Under the pieces are notes generated by a model. It did not search any database. It was not told the origin of the DNA and was given only the letters and a program-made list of their open reading frames with translations. Of a stretch of DNA of 64,000 nucleotides, positions 37,434-50,847 are shown piece after piece. How positions within the stretch are numbered: the first letter of the stretch is position 1; every line of letters starts with the position of its first letter. Both the position numbers and the translations under genes were made by a program. This DNA comes from Azolla caroliniana (taxonomy: Eukaryota > Plantae > Polypodiophyta). The DNA lies in NCBI GenBank assembly GCA_043228905.1, contig JBHGNT010000001.1:30752001-30816000 (forward strand), given 5' to 3'.

Positions 37434-38039
37434 GTCCACCAAATGTGTGACATGTGTTCAATCTCTTGACTTCAAGATCAACCTTAACGGAACTTTTAGT
37501 TTATAGCTTCATTAGTAGAGAAAATCACTATATAGAAATAGATTCACGATCCTTTATCTTTCTCCTGACAGTGAGAATTTCTAGACCTTTTAGAATGAAT
37601 CAATGAGGAAGAGCTCATAAAAGAAGAGAAATTGAATGTACAACAACCTTGCTATCCAGGTAGACTATTAACCTAATGTAAGCTAATATAACTTAGACCT
37701 GAATAAGAATGGTGAGGATCGTTTCTTCCCAACAAAGATGATTATCTGTGCTACCAAAGGTAACATTTGTAAAGCATTAGAGTTTTAGAAGGATCTATCT
37801 CTGGAAAGAGGAACAAGTCTATCATTGGAAACTGGGAAGGGACCACTAAATCCCAAACTAACAACAGCCCAAGCCCATAAGGAGGCCAAAGAATGAATAT
37901 CAAAACTTACAATAGTAAGGGATTTCTCAATCTTAATTTGGTCAAGAGCTCAAAAAATCACTTCAAGAGAAAGTTATGATCCCATGGGCAAGTAAAAAAG
38001 AGCACAAGTTCTTAAAAAATGACAAACAATGAATATTAC

Positions 38040-39050
38040 ATCGTATGATTTGAAGAGATTTTACAATTCCAATAGGGCTAAAAGCCTCAAATTTTGGCCC
38101 CAGAGGAGCAAGCTTAATTCTTTGTCTTCAACAAATGAGTCTTTAAGACAATTTAAGATCTCTGCAACCTCAATAACAGTCAAGGAACCAGGTATACTGA
38201 TCTAGATGACTTCCTTTCTTTAATAATAGGAAATAGGAATGATCTCCTCTATAAATCCTGAGTTCCCATCTGTGATCTTGGTGTATGCTGCTAGTGCCAA
38301 TTCCTATTAAGGCTGAGGTATGGGAATCACTAATGAACTCTTAATCCTCATTGGGGATTTCAATTTGGTAAAAGATCCACAGCAATAAAGCAGCAATGTG
38401 GTTTGAAAAATACTAAGCATGACTTGGTGAACGTTACCTGAAACACACGTTTTACTTGGTGCAATTCAAGTATATAATATCTTAGGAAAGCTACGCTGGA
38501 GATTGCGATGTTAATAGTGCATTATAAACTGTTTTGAACATATTGATGCCAGTACACACCTGATTACGAAATGTCTAACAATGACGATATTAGGGGCAAG
38601 TTATAGAAAGCTTTAAACTGAAAGCGAGCTGGTTTGATGCTGAATTCAATTCCACATGGAAGATGTCAAAGGAAAGAGAGACACTGTTTAGAATAAAAAA
38701 CTCCACACTATCCTCTTCCTTGCCAAAGATCAGGGGATGTCCATGAGGGAAACCCAACAATTCCTTGTCCAACTCAAGAAACACATAAATAATGGCAAAT
38801 AACTTGGGAATGCTAGTAACTACAAAAGCCCAGGAGCACTTGCCAAAATGTTAGACAAAAATGGAATCCATGTTCAATTGGAATTTCTACACCTCAAAGC
38901 TATTATTCTGGAAAAGGAAATCAAGGCAACATCTAGAGAAGAAGAGAAGTTCAGTTATTGGAAGATTCGTGCAAGGTGCTAGAACTAACCATTCTTCTTT
39001 AAGAGCATTAAAAGAAAAGCTGGCATTGATAAAGACCTCTTTCTCGTAGA
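38040..39050 (+). mobile_element. Highly decayed LINE endonuclease-region remnant
   Basis: ctcattggggatttcaatttggta (LIGDFNLV, an APE-like motif) at ~38347 in a stop-riddled context. Boundaries are uncertain. Confidence 0.35.
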
Positions 39051-42000
39051 GGACAATACTCTGTTTTGAATTTGTCTTCATCATTTGCATTGAGATTTTT
39101 AAACGAGGCTGTTGCTGTTACTGTTGCATCAGGTGATTAACATTTTTACACATATTCTCATCTATCTCCCTATGAAGTCTATCATCTCCTGACATGTGGA
39201 ATTTGAAAAGATCCTATGCATACATACTAATTTGAATGATGTTGCTTGCTTGCATCGAAGTACATATAAAACTCTCCCCACCCAACCTTGCATTTTGAAC
39301 AAACCATGATAAGAAAAACACCTTCCTCTACATAAATGTGATAGTTAGATTGGTGACTCATTGTTGGTCCAACCAAGCTTGCTTCATATCTCTGAAAGAG
39401 GTATATGATAACCAAGCTTGTCATTATCTTACCAATCTATGATGTTGCATCTAAACCTGATACATATCTAGTTATGCACATTGCAAAAACTTTGTTGAAT
39501 CATATGCAAATCCAAAATAGCATCGCACAGCCATTATCTTCATAAACTATTCAAGGATAGATTATTGGGACAGAAACCAAAAATGAACTAGGAAAAAAGC
39601 GAAACGTCTCCTTTTGCTCACTTCAGAATTAACAATGATAAATGGCACATTAACATATTAACATATGATAAATGTTCTAAAATATTGTGCTCCAATCCAC
39701 AATGTTCGATTATAGTCCATGATAAAATCTATATAAAAAGTATGCATATAAAAAGGGTAAACCCTCAATATAGTCCAGGCCACTCGACCAAAGTTCTTAT
39801 TTGGTTGGAAGGTATAAAGAATATATTTTCATGAATGCTCAACTGCCAAGCATAGCTAATAAGTATATGTTTGTGGTGCTGCTCAATGCATTTTGGCCTC
39901 ATGTTGATCTCTTACAATGAGAAAAAGAGAACATTATTCAAAATTTACACAGGAAGTTGTTTATTAAAATATGCCAATGTAAAAATTTATTTTGAGAAAA
40001 ATATATACTTTTTGTATGGATGAATCTGTGTGTTAATTTTAATTCTTAATAAAATCGCATGATATTGTTAGTGGATGATTATGAGAAAATATATGATCTG
40101 AGCATCATGGACATTTATGCCCTTGAAATATTGTACAAGTTTTTATCTTTTTCCCTCCTATCATTGCAAATGAGGTACGTGGGACTCAAGCTACACAAGG
40201 GGAAATAGGCCTTCTCATAAAGGGGAAGGGATATTCATCTCACGCTTCCTCACAGGATGATGAGATGCAAAGCACTTTACAACCAGATTTTTTTACCTTG
40301 TTTGAGGAGGCTAGTTTATGTTAACTACAGAAAGTGACTTTATCTATGTGAGTTATAAACCTTCTGATTCAATAAAAGTTGTGGGTAACTTTTTATAGCT
40401 TCTGCTATATTCATCATTTCTGTTTGGATACGATAATCTAATTCTATAACTTGCATTCCCTTCAATGCAACATCATCTCCTATTTATGAAGCATATCGAG
40501 AACACATACTGCTTTGCACAAAATGTCTGGGTTTTTTTATTTGGGTTTTATTATTTGTCAGTGCCAATTTAACTTTTTCTATTTTGTATTTATCTAGGCC
40601 AAGTTTTAGTAGACGCAATATTTGACAGAGGACTTACACGCTAGCTCCGCCCACCACCCCCCCAAATCTAGATTTGAGAAACTTCTGCAGTAATTGGATC
40701 CAATTGGCTTGCAGAAAGGGCTTTGGAATAGAGATGGTTCCGCTTCTTCAACGTAGGCAAGACCATGCCGAGTAAGAATGTCTTATTGACTTTGCATATC
40801 TATAGAATATTAATACTCTCGTTTCTAAATAAAGAGAACGAAACTAGAAGCTTTCGGGTATCAAAGATGTAGGGGACACCCAATGTCAGTATGAGCTCAA
40901 CAACTTGGGAATTTGGTGAACACTGAGTGGCATTTTGGGAATTATGCATAACTAGAGAGGGATTTTGTGATTTATATCTAACCAGAGATGGCATTAATTG
41001 TTTGTGGCATTTTGCACTCGCAAGTTGAGTGATGTTTTGGAAGATATGTTTTACTGGAGTAGTAGCATTTTGACAATCACCCTTATTTTTTGTGTAGAAA
41101 TTTATCTTACTCTCATTAATTTAGATATTTATATAACTAGTTCAATGTCAAATCATGTCTAGGAACCACATGGTGACAATATGTGAATGTGGTGGAACTG
41201 CAAAAGTTTGGTAAGAATAAGGACAATATGTGAATGAGATCATGATCATAATTGTTATGATAATGAGGGGATGGTCATTGTAAATTCTCCTTATACATGG
41301 ATATAAAATAAAAAGTCAATGTGAGGAGCTTAAGTAGCTTGACCTATATTTTGTTTTGTAATGGATATGCATGTACAATGTTAGGTTTGATAGTTTAGGG
41401 AAAGGGTGAAAGAAGTGATGATCTTGTGAAGTAGAAGATGCAAGTTAGACAACCAAAAATGTGTCTCACATTGAGTGGAACAATTCTAATTTTGCATGAG
41501 AGCAATCATTGCATATGAATGTAATGAACAATAAAAACGTTATAGTAACATGGTGACATAAGAGTGGAATGTGGTATTACCCTTAGTAATTTGGTTACAA
41601 TTGTCAAAAGAAACACATTTGATCATGTCTTTACCATCTAATTCTATTGGTTTAAATAAGTTTGTGATCACGTGTTTGGAGATTAGGCTGTTAATAATCG
41701 AAAATTAAAATTCTTGGTACAATGGAAACCATCTTGCAAGTTTTCTTGTCATGACAATATAGAGCATAACACAAATAATGTTGAAGGCAAAGTACACTAA
41801 CCAATATGCAATCTTGCTTTTTATGACCTTAATCTAGAATTACCTCTTATGTTAGCTTGTGAGTATGAGGCATTCATCCAATTAGCCAAATGATATGTTC
41901 AATTGCAATTTTCTTCCCAAAAGGGACTATATGGTATGTCATACGAAGCTTACTCATGGGAATCCATGCTCTTAAGAAATTTTCAATTAACCTATTTGGC

Positions 42001-45000
42001 TAACACTTGTAATGATTGTATAAATATGGTTGTCACAAAGTATACTTGATTATCCCATTTGTATTAGGTAAGAAAGATGTGGCTCCATCAAGAATGTTCA
42101 AGAAGACCCCCTTGCCTTACTATATATCCCATATACATTAGCAAGTAGGAGGAAGGAAAACGTTTCCATCTAATATGTTTTAGTATAACCTCTTGCTAAA
42201 TTATCCTAGATGCAATGGTCGGAAAGAGGTAATTCTTACAATACAACAAAGCCTTGGGACATGAATTGTGAATCTATATTGTCAAGTTTCTCCCATTATG
42301 TAGGGCCCTTAACGACATTCTACATATCAAATCTTCTAATGTACCTCGTATGGATTCTAATTCATTTTCCAATGAGGTAATCTTACACATTCTAGTTCAA
42401 TCTTGTGTGGTGAAATGTGCAAACATCAATATGCTTGCAAACACTTGTATTAGTTGAGAACTTCATCGTTGTGCTTGTGCTTACTCTTTATGAAAGCAAT
42501 TTATAATATTTCATCATGGTAGAATTAATGTGGTCATATGAAATGGTGTTATACTCAATTTGTGATTGAAATAAATTAATTGTGCTTCCTGTACACACTA
42601 CACTTATTTCTTTTTCAATTTAATCAACAATAAATTTATTTTAGATGTTTAAACAATAGCTAAGTAATCCCTTTAAACTAATCAAATATGTTCATGAAAA
42701 CATTTCGATTTCAAAATACTAATGACACAAGACAAAATTGGGAATTTGCTTTGATCTGCATTCTACTATTGGTAAACCCGTGTTAGATCTATGCTTTATA
42801 TTTACCATGGAACTTAAAGTAGTGATTGATTGAGTATTTTACAATACTTGCAAAATGTTGTAGTTAGTAAAATGCTCAAGCAAATGGTGCCAATGTTGAT
42901 GGCCATGTTTAGTAGAAACCAAACAAATTATTTGAAGTTGCAGATTGGACACTTCCATGAAAGCAACAAACTCCAATAAAAAACATGTATTCTTTTCTGC
43001 TCTAAACCACTATAGAACATTTTTTAACTATAATTTGTGATTGCTCAAGTGAAGTTTGGAAAATTGGAGTGTCCCCATTCACCAAAATCGAGTTAAGGTG
43101 TAACAACCATCTTATAAGAGAAACAAAAAGGCATGAAGCTTTGAAGTTTGCATGTCTTATTCTAAGATACCATACAAAATGGTGGTGAAATCCCCAAATT
43201 CCTTAATGTTTTGTCAAGCGCAAACTTCAACAACAAATCCAAATTAACGACTAACTAAAGTCCACCCCTATAGGAGCTTGAGGTTATGAGAACACATCAT
43301 TTCAATAAAGTTCGTATAATATTCCTGTCATACAAACAAGGGGTAAAAATATAATATCCTATTCGAGATGCTGGCTTTAATTTTCATTGTCTTGTTTCAC
43401 CAATTTCATACGCATTCGTAGACTCATTTTTCATTTACCAATCACAATGTAACATTGGAAAACATCACCCTCACTCTATTCCTCCATATGTTAAATAATT
43501 AAACTTAGAGATATATGTTTTCTGCTCAAGTTGAAGCCTTTTCAATCATGACTTCAACACACTATTTGTTTTCATCCATAATTAGATTTGAAGAGAAACC
43601 CAACATCTTGAGACAAGATTTATCACTTATTTTCGCTATTAACTTCTCTTCAATTCATTACCAGTTAACTATTTTTTTTGTATGTCTGTGCCATTAACTC
43701 CTCTAGATTTAAAAAGCTAGTCATTTTCATCAATAAATTGCCGTTTTTACTATTACATTTCAGTACACATACATACACACACACAAATGACAATGACGCG
43801 TATCAACTTCCTGTATGAGCTTGCTCATCATCCTTTTCACATGATATGCACAAAGTCGCAATGTGAAAGAACATCGTTCGTTTAAAATTGGGACATTAAA
43901 ACTCTGATATAACAATGTTGAAATGTGAGCATGGCCACCATGCTTGTGAAGGCTCTATCCAAGGAAAACACCTTTGCTCTCTCAATCTCTCGCTCTCTCA
44001 CTCTCCAAAAAACCCTTTATAACACAATCCTGCATCACGTTGATCCACAATAAGATCTCCCACATTAAATTCCTCAATAATTATTGACTCCTATCAACAT
44101 TCCACTATTCCTCATCTTTTGTATCGAAAAATCCCCCCACCCCTTTCCTTTGTCTCGTCTTTTATCACATCCATCATCCAACTTCAACAAAGGACTGACA
44201 AGGAATTCCACATCTTTTTACACTGACAATATATATAGAAGATGTTGCCTCTAAAGAAAGTGGCCAAGTAGAACTATCGTTAACTAGGTCTTCACGGAAA
44301 CACCTTTTTGCACTAATAATATGTCCTAAGAATATTTTTCTCTAGCAAAAAGTGCCCAATCTGTTGGATTTTCCAAAGGTTCTAAAATTACTCGTACTTC
44401 ATTTCCTCGTCTAAATAGCCAATTGGTTACATTTTCACACATGTTTTAAATCAACCGTCTCCATACTCAAGGCTAAAAAGATTTAGTTTACTAATATTGA
44501 CTTGTCACTCTACCATCCCTCACCTCCCCCCCCCAATTATGAGAGAATAAGGCCATTTTTTTCAAGAAAAAAACCCATTCCAAATAGAACAATTTTTGGT
44601 ATATTTATGCATACATTTTTAGTGTCTACTTTTGATGGACCCATGGGGAATCCTTCCTTTTGGGAGAAGTTTCTTGTTTTTGGGATCTCCAAACTCAAAA
44701 TGTGGGACACATAAATACACTTTTGCATGTATTGTAATTGATAAAATTCAAACATGTCCCCATGGCTTGAAGTTTTGAATCTTGAACATTAATGAACGTT
44801 TGGTTCTAAAAAAATTTGAAATGGGAAGACAACTTTTCCCAATGTAGACATGTATGTATATGTTTGTGTTTGTATTAGTTTGATATGTAAACTATACAAC
44901 TATGATTGAACATTGCAATTTTGTCATCTTGTATCTTGTTATGTATCCCGTTCATAAGTGGAAGGAAATCTATAGATATTTGTCCAATATCTAGTAGTTG

Positions 45001-46759
45001 GAGTTATTATCCTATTGGAATCTAAAAAAAATTGTTGGGCAAGAGCAACACGTGTTTACAAGTAAGCCTTGAGGATAATGTTGATCTCACCAATAACATC
45101 GCCAACTTTTCTCTTCATTTGATTCAAATGAATATTGTGAAATATGCCTAACAATTTACAATCGAGGAAATATTATCTACAATGTTGTAGTAAGTACTCT
45201 ATATAGATTGCATTAGACAAGAACCCAATTATAAGCAATAAACTTTTGAGCCTTTTAGCGTCTTGGAATATTCCAAAATAAATGCTAGTTTTTTAGGGGA
45301 AACCTTGGAGTTTCCTTTCAAATTAGACAAAAGACCATAACTTTCACACCACCTTTCCAAATGAGGACAATCCTCTATGTTTAAAATCTTCTTGCTGCAA
45401 CATTTTCAACAATAGATCATAAGGTATTGTTTCATCTACATCAACTCGGGATTTTAGTTGTCCACGATTTGAGATATATGAAGAGACGGGCCTAAATCAA
45501 CTTTAAATGAACATCTAAATGTGTAATCATGATTAGAATTATCTGACGATTTGGTTAAAATTGTCTTCTTGTGTATACTCCCCATCAAGTAATATAATGC
45601 TTGACTTAACATGGATTTATTATCATGGTTATTCTATGAAGTCTATGATAAAGATCAATAACTATGTTGGATTGTACTTGGGACACTTAATTGCATCAAC
45701 TTATTGATAAATCATAAACATATTCCCAAGGCACGGGCCATGAAATAACATACAAAGTAGTGCCATATAGTTGTGGATATTTGATCCCACAAAGTTTTCC
45801 TATGGTAGATTTGCATGATCTTATAATGAAGCCTTGCATTGTTATCATTAGTTGTTTGTTCGAGGGGGATGATTATTGTGGAAACAACCTCAAATGACAA
45901 TCATCAACTAAGAAAAACTCATATGGGTACTACTTACTTGCATATTGAGTCAAATGATAGCTATAAAACCTTCCTACATGAATGATGGAGAAATCAATAA
46001 GAAGCCAAATTTTCAACTAAGCTAACATCATTTGGAAAAAGTTATAATTAGCAAACATAATCCAAATTTCCAATAAGTTAACCTAGTGAATATAAGTTCT
46101 AACTTGTGGGGATGTGTACAATCTCTCATTTATACGATGCATTTATGTGAAAGCAATACTTTCAAAGCATACTTTAGCACATCGTCTGTTAGGTTATTTA
46201 ACAATTGTTGCAACTTGCAATTTGTCTACCATGCACATATGAGTCTAAGTTGTCCTTCTTATATTGTCATATTTAGACGTTCATTGTGGGTGGACCCATA
46301 TTACTTTGTTTATCAAGCATTTTAATCTATCGTAGTACAATCAATCACCCCATTCCCTCACAGTTATTAATACATGAGCATGCAATGCATGATCTCTCCG
46401 GGCTCAAGAATTGGTACAAGTGATTTCGCCATGACCAACTTCCAATGTGTAACTTGTATTGGTACTCAAAACACTTGCACAATAAATCAAGATTGGATGT
46501 CTTGTGTGTAAGAAGAGAATGAACCCATCAACAACATTAATTGCAGCACTCTTTCGTCATTAACAGTGCTTGTCACAGGACAATCTCCATCTAGCAACGT
46601 AGGTAGTGGCACAAACATAAGGGCGAGGGTACCCTCATGTGAGCCTTAAAAAAGATTTTCTCCTTAAACATGAGAGGGGTAAGTAACCATGCCACACACA
46701 TGTGATGGAATACAAGTCAAATACATACATAATATGAAATATGGGCGTGCCATGTCCAG

Positions 46760-47370
46760 CTCTACCACGTGGGTGCAGAGAGAAGAGGAAGCCAAAAAAG
46801 CTATGATGGAGATCAATTGTCAACATACTAGAGGACTTTTGTTTGGGCCTGTCTAATTAGAAGCGTTTCGCCGCGTGTAGAAGAGTGTCAATTATATTTA
46901 AGGGGAGCCACGTGGGTGCGGCGAGGGGGAAAGGGAGGCATGCCACGTGGTAGTAAAGAATGCCACGTGGCGGAACGGAATGCCACGTGGGCGGGGAAGG
47001 AATTGAGAGGTTGTGCGGCAAAAGGGAGAGAAAAGGGAAAGGAAAGGAAAGGAAAAGTGAAGAGAAAGGCAGAGAGAGAGAGAGAGAGAAAGAGACAGTG
47101 ATAATTGTGGGTTGGCCAAAAAGCCTTCGTTTCTGTACGTTGGAGCAGCGGGCGCCCAAACACGCGTGTTGTTTGTTGGTGGCCGCCCGGGACCACTCCA
47201 ACCTGGCGGGCTGAGACGACGCCACGTCACTTCCCGGCACGCCCAGCCAGATTGCCACGTCAGCTCCCACGCACGCACGCGCCCTATTGGAAGCTCAGCT
47301 TTTTGTCGTCTTCTGTCTGCCCGCTTTCCATTCCATCCCTCAAACCAAATCCCGCCCCCGCACGTAAAAG
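46760..47370. promoter_or_regulatory. GC-rich island with clustered G-box/ABRE motifs (candidate distal enhancer)
   Basis: CACGTG at 46766, 46909, 46944, 46964 and 46984; GCCACGTCA at 47221 and 47254. Confidence 0.55.
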
Positions 47371-47524
47371 AGAAGTTGTTTCGACTTTTTAATTATTGTT
47401 TTAGTGGTAGGAAATATAAATAATACGTGAAATATTATTAAAACAAAATGAAGCAAAACAGACGTCCTTCCTTCGTTCCTTCCCCTTTTTCACTTGCATG
47501 TTTTTTTTGAAAAGAGCGAGAAAG

Positions 47525-47530
<6 letters not shown>

Positions 47531-47588
<58 letters not shown>
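47531..47588. repeat. (AG)n microsatellite
   Basis: Direct reading. Confidence 0.95.
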
Positions 47589-47589
<1 letters not shown>

Positions 47590-50500
47590 CAATTATAGTT
47601 ATTTAAAAAAGGTAGAGTAAAATAAATAATATAATATCAACGCATGAATCCGTTATTTCTTTTTTTGGTTCTGTTTTTATTTATTCCCTGGCTTTTATCA
47701 AAACGTGAAGGAAATGCTCGGCCGCGCAAACATGAAAGCTTTTAATTACGCAATTAATTAATCATTTGGATTATTGGAACCGTAAACGGAAACAAAAAAA
47801 AAGACGAAGGAAGAGAACTGGGGAAAGGGAGGGGGGGGGGGGGTGGATTTAAAACCTCTAAAATAGCTGTATTAATGCTGAAATTTCCATATTTATTTAA
47901 TTTAATTACATATTCGTAGGTGGATGGCTAATTATAATAGAATAGTAGCTAAAAATGAATGGGGGAGTTTTTCTCGAGATTCCATTAAATTTTGGTAAGT
48001 AAATAAACAAAAACAAGAGGCTTTAAATTGTGAGTTTCATTCAGTGACTGCATTAAAAAAAGGGGGGGGGGGGAAGGAGGTAAAAAAATATAAATATCGA
48101 ATTGAAATTCGGGGTTTTAAATTTCGAGAAAATGTGCAACTAAATGGAAAACGCCTATTTAATGAACACACACACACACACACATACATATACATATATA
48201 TATATGTATCATATATGTATAGATATATATGGGGATGAGAGAGGGGCTTCCTGCTCTTGAGTATTGTGTCTTTGATATAGTAATCCAGATGCTGCTGTTT
48301 ACGGTTTAAATGAATAAAAAAACTCTTTGTTTTCAAATATGAACTAACAAACAGTAATAAGAGGAAATGATTATTGTGAATAAAAAGTTAAAAAGGAAAA
48401 ATACGATGTTTCTTGTCTTGCAGGGCGTGGAGGGTTGGGGGACGGGGACGGGAAAGAAAGGGGCATGTAACGAATTAATTTACTTTACTTACAAACACGG
48501 AGGGCCTAATCTAATTAATTCTTCGAAGACAAAACCGCATCATTATAAATCTAATTATTGTATATTGATAACAGATAAAGAAAAACAATTAGATTCTCTT
48601 CTATTTTTCGCTTTCTTTTTCTAGAATTTGTAAATTTTGCTCAACTAATTAATTAGGAATCTCTCTCACACACACACACACACTCTCTCTCTCTCTCTCA
48701 TTCTCCTTTGTGGAATATCTGAAATGGTACGCTAATTTCCTTTATTTGTTTTCATTAAAAAAAAGGGGGAGTTGTTCTTTGTGCAGGACAGGACAGGACA
48801 GGAATGTGCTTTTTTTCTCGGGCTTTCCATTCCCCTTCTCCTTTTTCTGTATCTCTGTCTTTGTCTCTGCCCACACCCCCGGCTTTCTCTCTCTCTCTAA
48901 ATTATCTGAAATCAAAAGTCATAATTTTCATGCAACCTTCCTCAAATTAATCACTTCACAAAACTATACATTCAGAGGAGGTAGATGATTAAGTTGTCCC
49001 AAATCGACAAAAAAAAGAGAGCTGTTTTTGTACTTGGCAGTAGTAGGATTTGCGTTTTCTTTGCTCTTCCATGTAGAACTTACTACTAACAGTAAGCTTC
49101 AGCGAAGGATTTTTAGCTCTCTTTTTCGGGGTGTATGACCTATCATCTTATGAATGGGGGCCTTCTTTCTTCAGAACTAGCCATCGCAGTGCAGGGTCTC
49201 GTTTTTTTTTTTCTCTACATTTGCGTTTCACACAGACACGAACATAAACACACACAGAGCAACCACTTCACCAAGTTATGATTTTCTACACTTTTTATTT
49301 TTTTGGCCATGACAAGAATGCTTTTTTGTTTTTAGCTTTTATTATTTCAGTAAAAGAGCTTAGAAACTCCCTTCTTTATTTTATCACTTCATTTGTAAAT
49401 TTTCACCCCTGTCTTACCAAGAAGAGGCGCGCGGGCAGGCTCACACACACACACACACACACACGGATACAAACACGAAGCATTCCCAAATTGAATAAGT
49501 ATTTTAGAGGGGACTTAATGCAGGATCAGAAAAGAAGCTTTTTGCTTTTCTCTCTCAGACTGCGCCTTCTTGAATGTCTATTAAGTATCTAATTTATCAC
49601 CATTTAAGTAAAGGAAAATCGCGCGTCATTAATTTGGAAAGATTTGGGTCGGAGATAGAAAGAGAGAGCGAGAGAGATCACACATAAACAAGGAAGAAAA
49701 TCGGAGAAGAAATGAAAAGAGAAATACTTTACTAAGTAGTACTGGCAAGAGATCAAATCCGGGCAATAACTCTTGCTTTCTAGTCTCTCTCTCTCTCTTC
49801 CTCTCTCTCCTCTTTCTTTCTCTGTACAGTATTCATATTGTACCTTCTTTTCTGCATCAAATTTATGTGTAAGAGAGGCTGCTTGTTAACGTCACAGGAT
49901 TCTTTCATCTTCTGCTTCTCTTCTGAGTAAGACATTCTTCTCCCGTATACATATACTACTAATACATATGCATCTACGTATGTATTTATCTCTATATATG
50001 ATGATGTATATGTTTATAGCTGTAGCTTTGCCATAATCTACATGAAAAAAGTAGAAGGTTCAGTTCTGAATTGTATGGAGATGTAAGGCAAATCTGAGTA
50101 CAGACAATAATTTAACAGCCCGCTAGAGAAAATCGCTGACGTTGTTGTGCAGAAGATTGAGCACACAGCCAGGGCAAGAAGGAAGAAGCAAAAACAAAGA
50201 AAGCAAAAACAAAGAAAGCAATAAAAAAGGCGAAGAAATAGAAGCAAGAAATAAGAAGAAGAAAAGGAAAGGTGCAAGAATCTGGAAGATTCAACACATT
50301 ACCAAGAAGAACGTTATCATACGATCGGGTGATGTATTTCTTGCTCATATTACCTTGAAGAGAGCAAAACAGCAAAAACCAGACTATCCTAATGAGAAGG
50401 TGCATTCCTTGATGGTATATTATTCTCGAAGAAGAAGACGAAAGGGAAGGAGCCTCCTTGTCATCAGATGATACTTATCGTTCTAATGTATGTATCGTTT

Positions 50501-50847
50501 AGATCTACTATTAATAATATTCCTGCATCATAGGAGAAGAAAACCATCTCTCTAATCAGAGATTAATATCATTGCATCACGAAGAGCACTATGAACCTGT
50601 TAACCAGGAGGCTTCTGTAATAATTGAAAGTAATAATCTATATAATGATGATGCAATTTTTAGTATTTATATAATCTGCTAGATCTGTAAAAGCCCTTGT
50701 ATCCAAACCCATTCACAGAGAACAGAAAAACGAGTTATGCAACAGCAGCAATAGATTAGAGTAGCTGTTTAATGTCTGGATACGCACTGGTATTTGCAGA
50801 ACAGACATAAGCGTACTTCTGTAGACGAAAGGGTGCCTTATGATCAG

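Noticed and set aside
46857-47423. Six overlapping ORFs in the G-box island
   Set aside because: Low-complexity products with no motif; better explained as a GC-rich regulatory island.
50142-50471. Lys-rich 109-aa ORF upstream of LAS
   Set aside because: Starts at TTG, derives from A-rich low-complexity sequence and has no recognisable domain.
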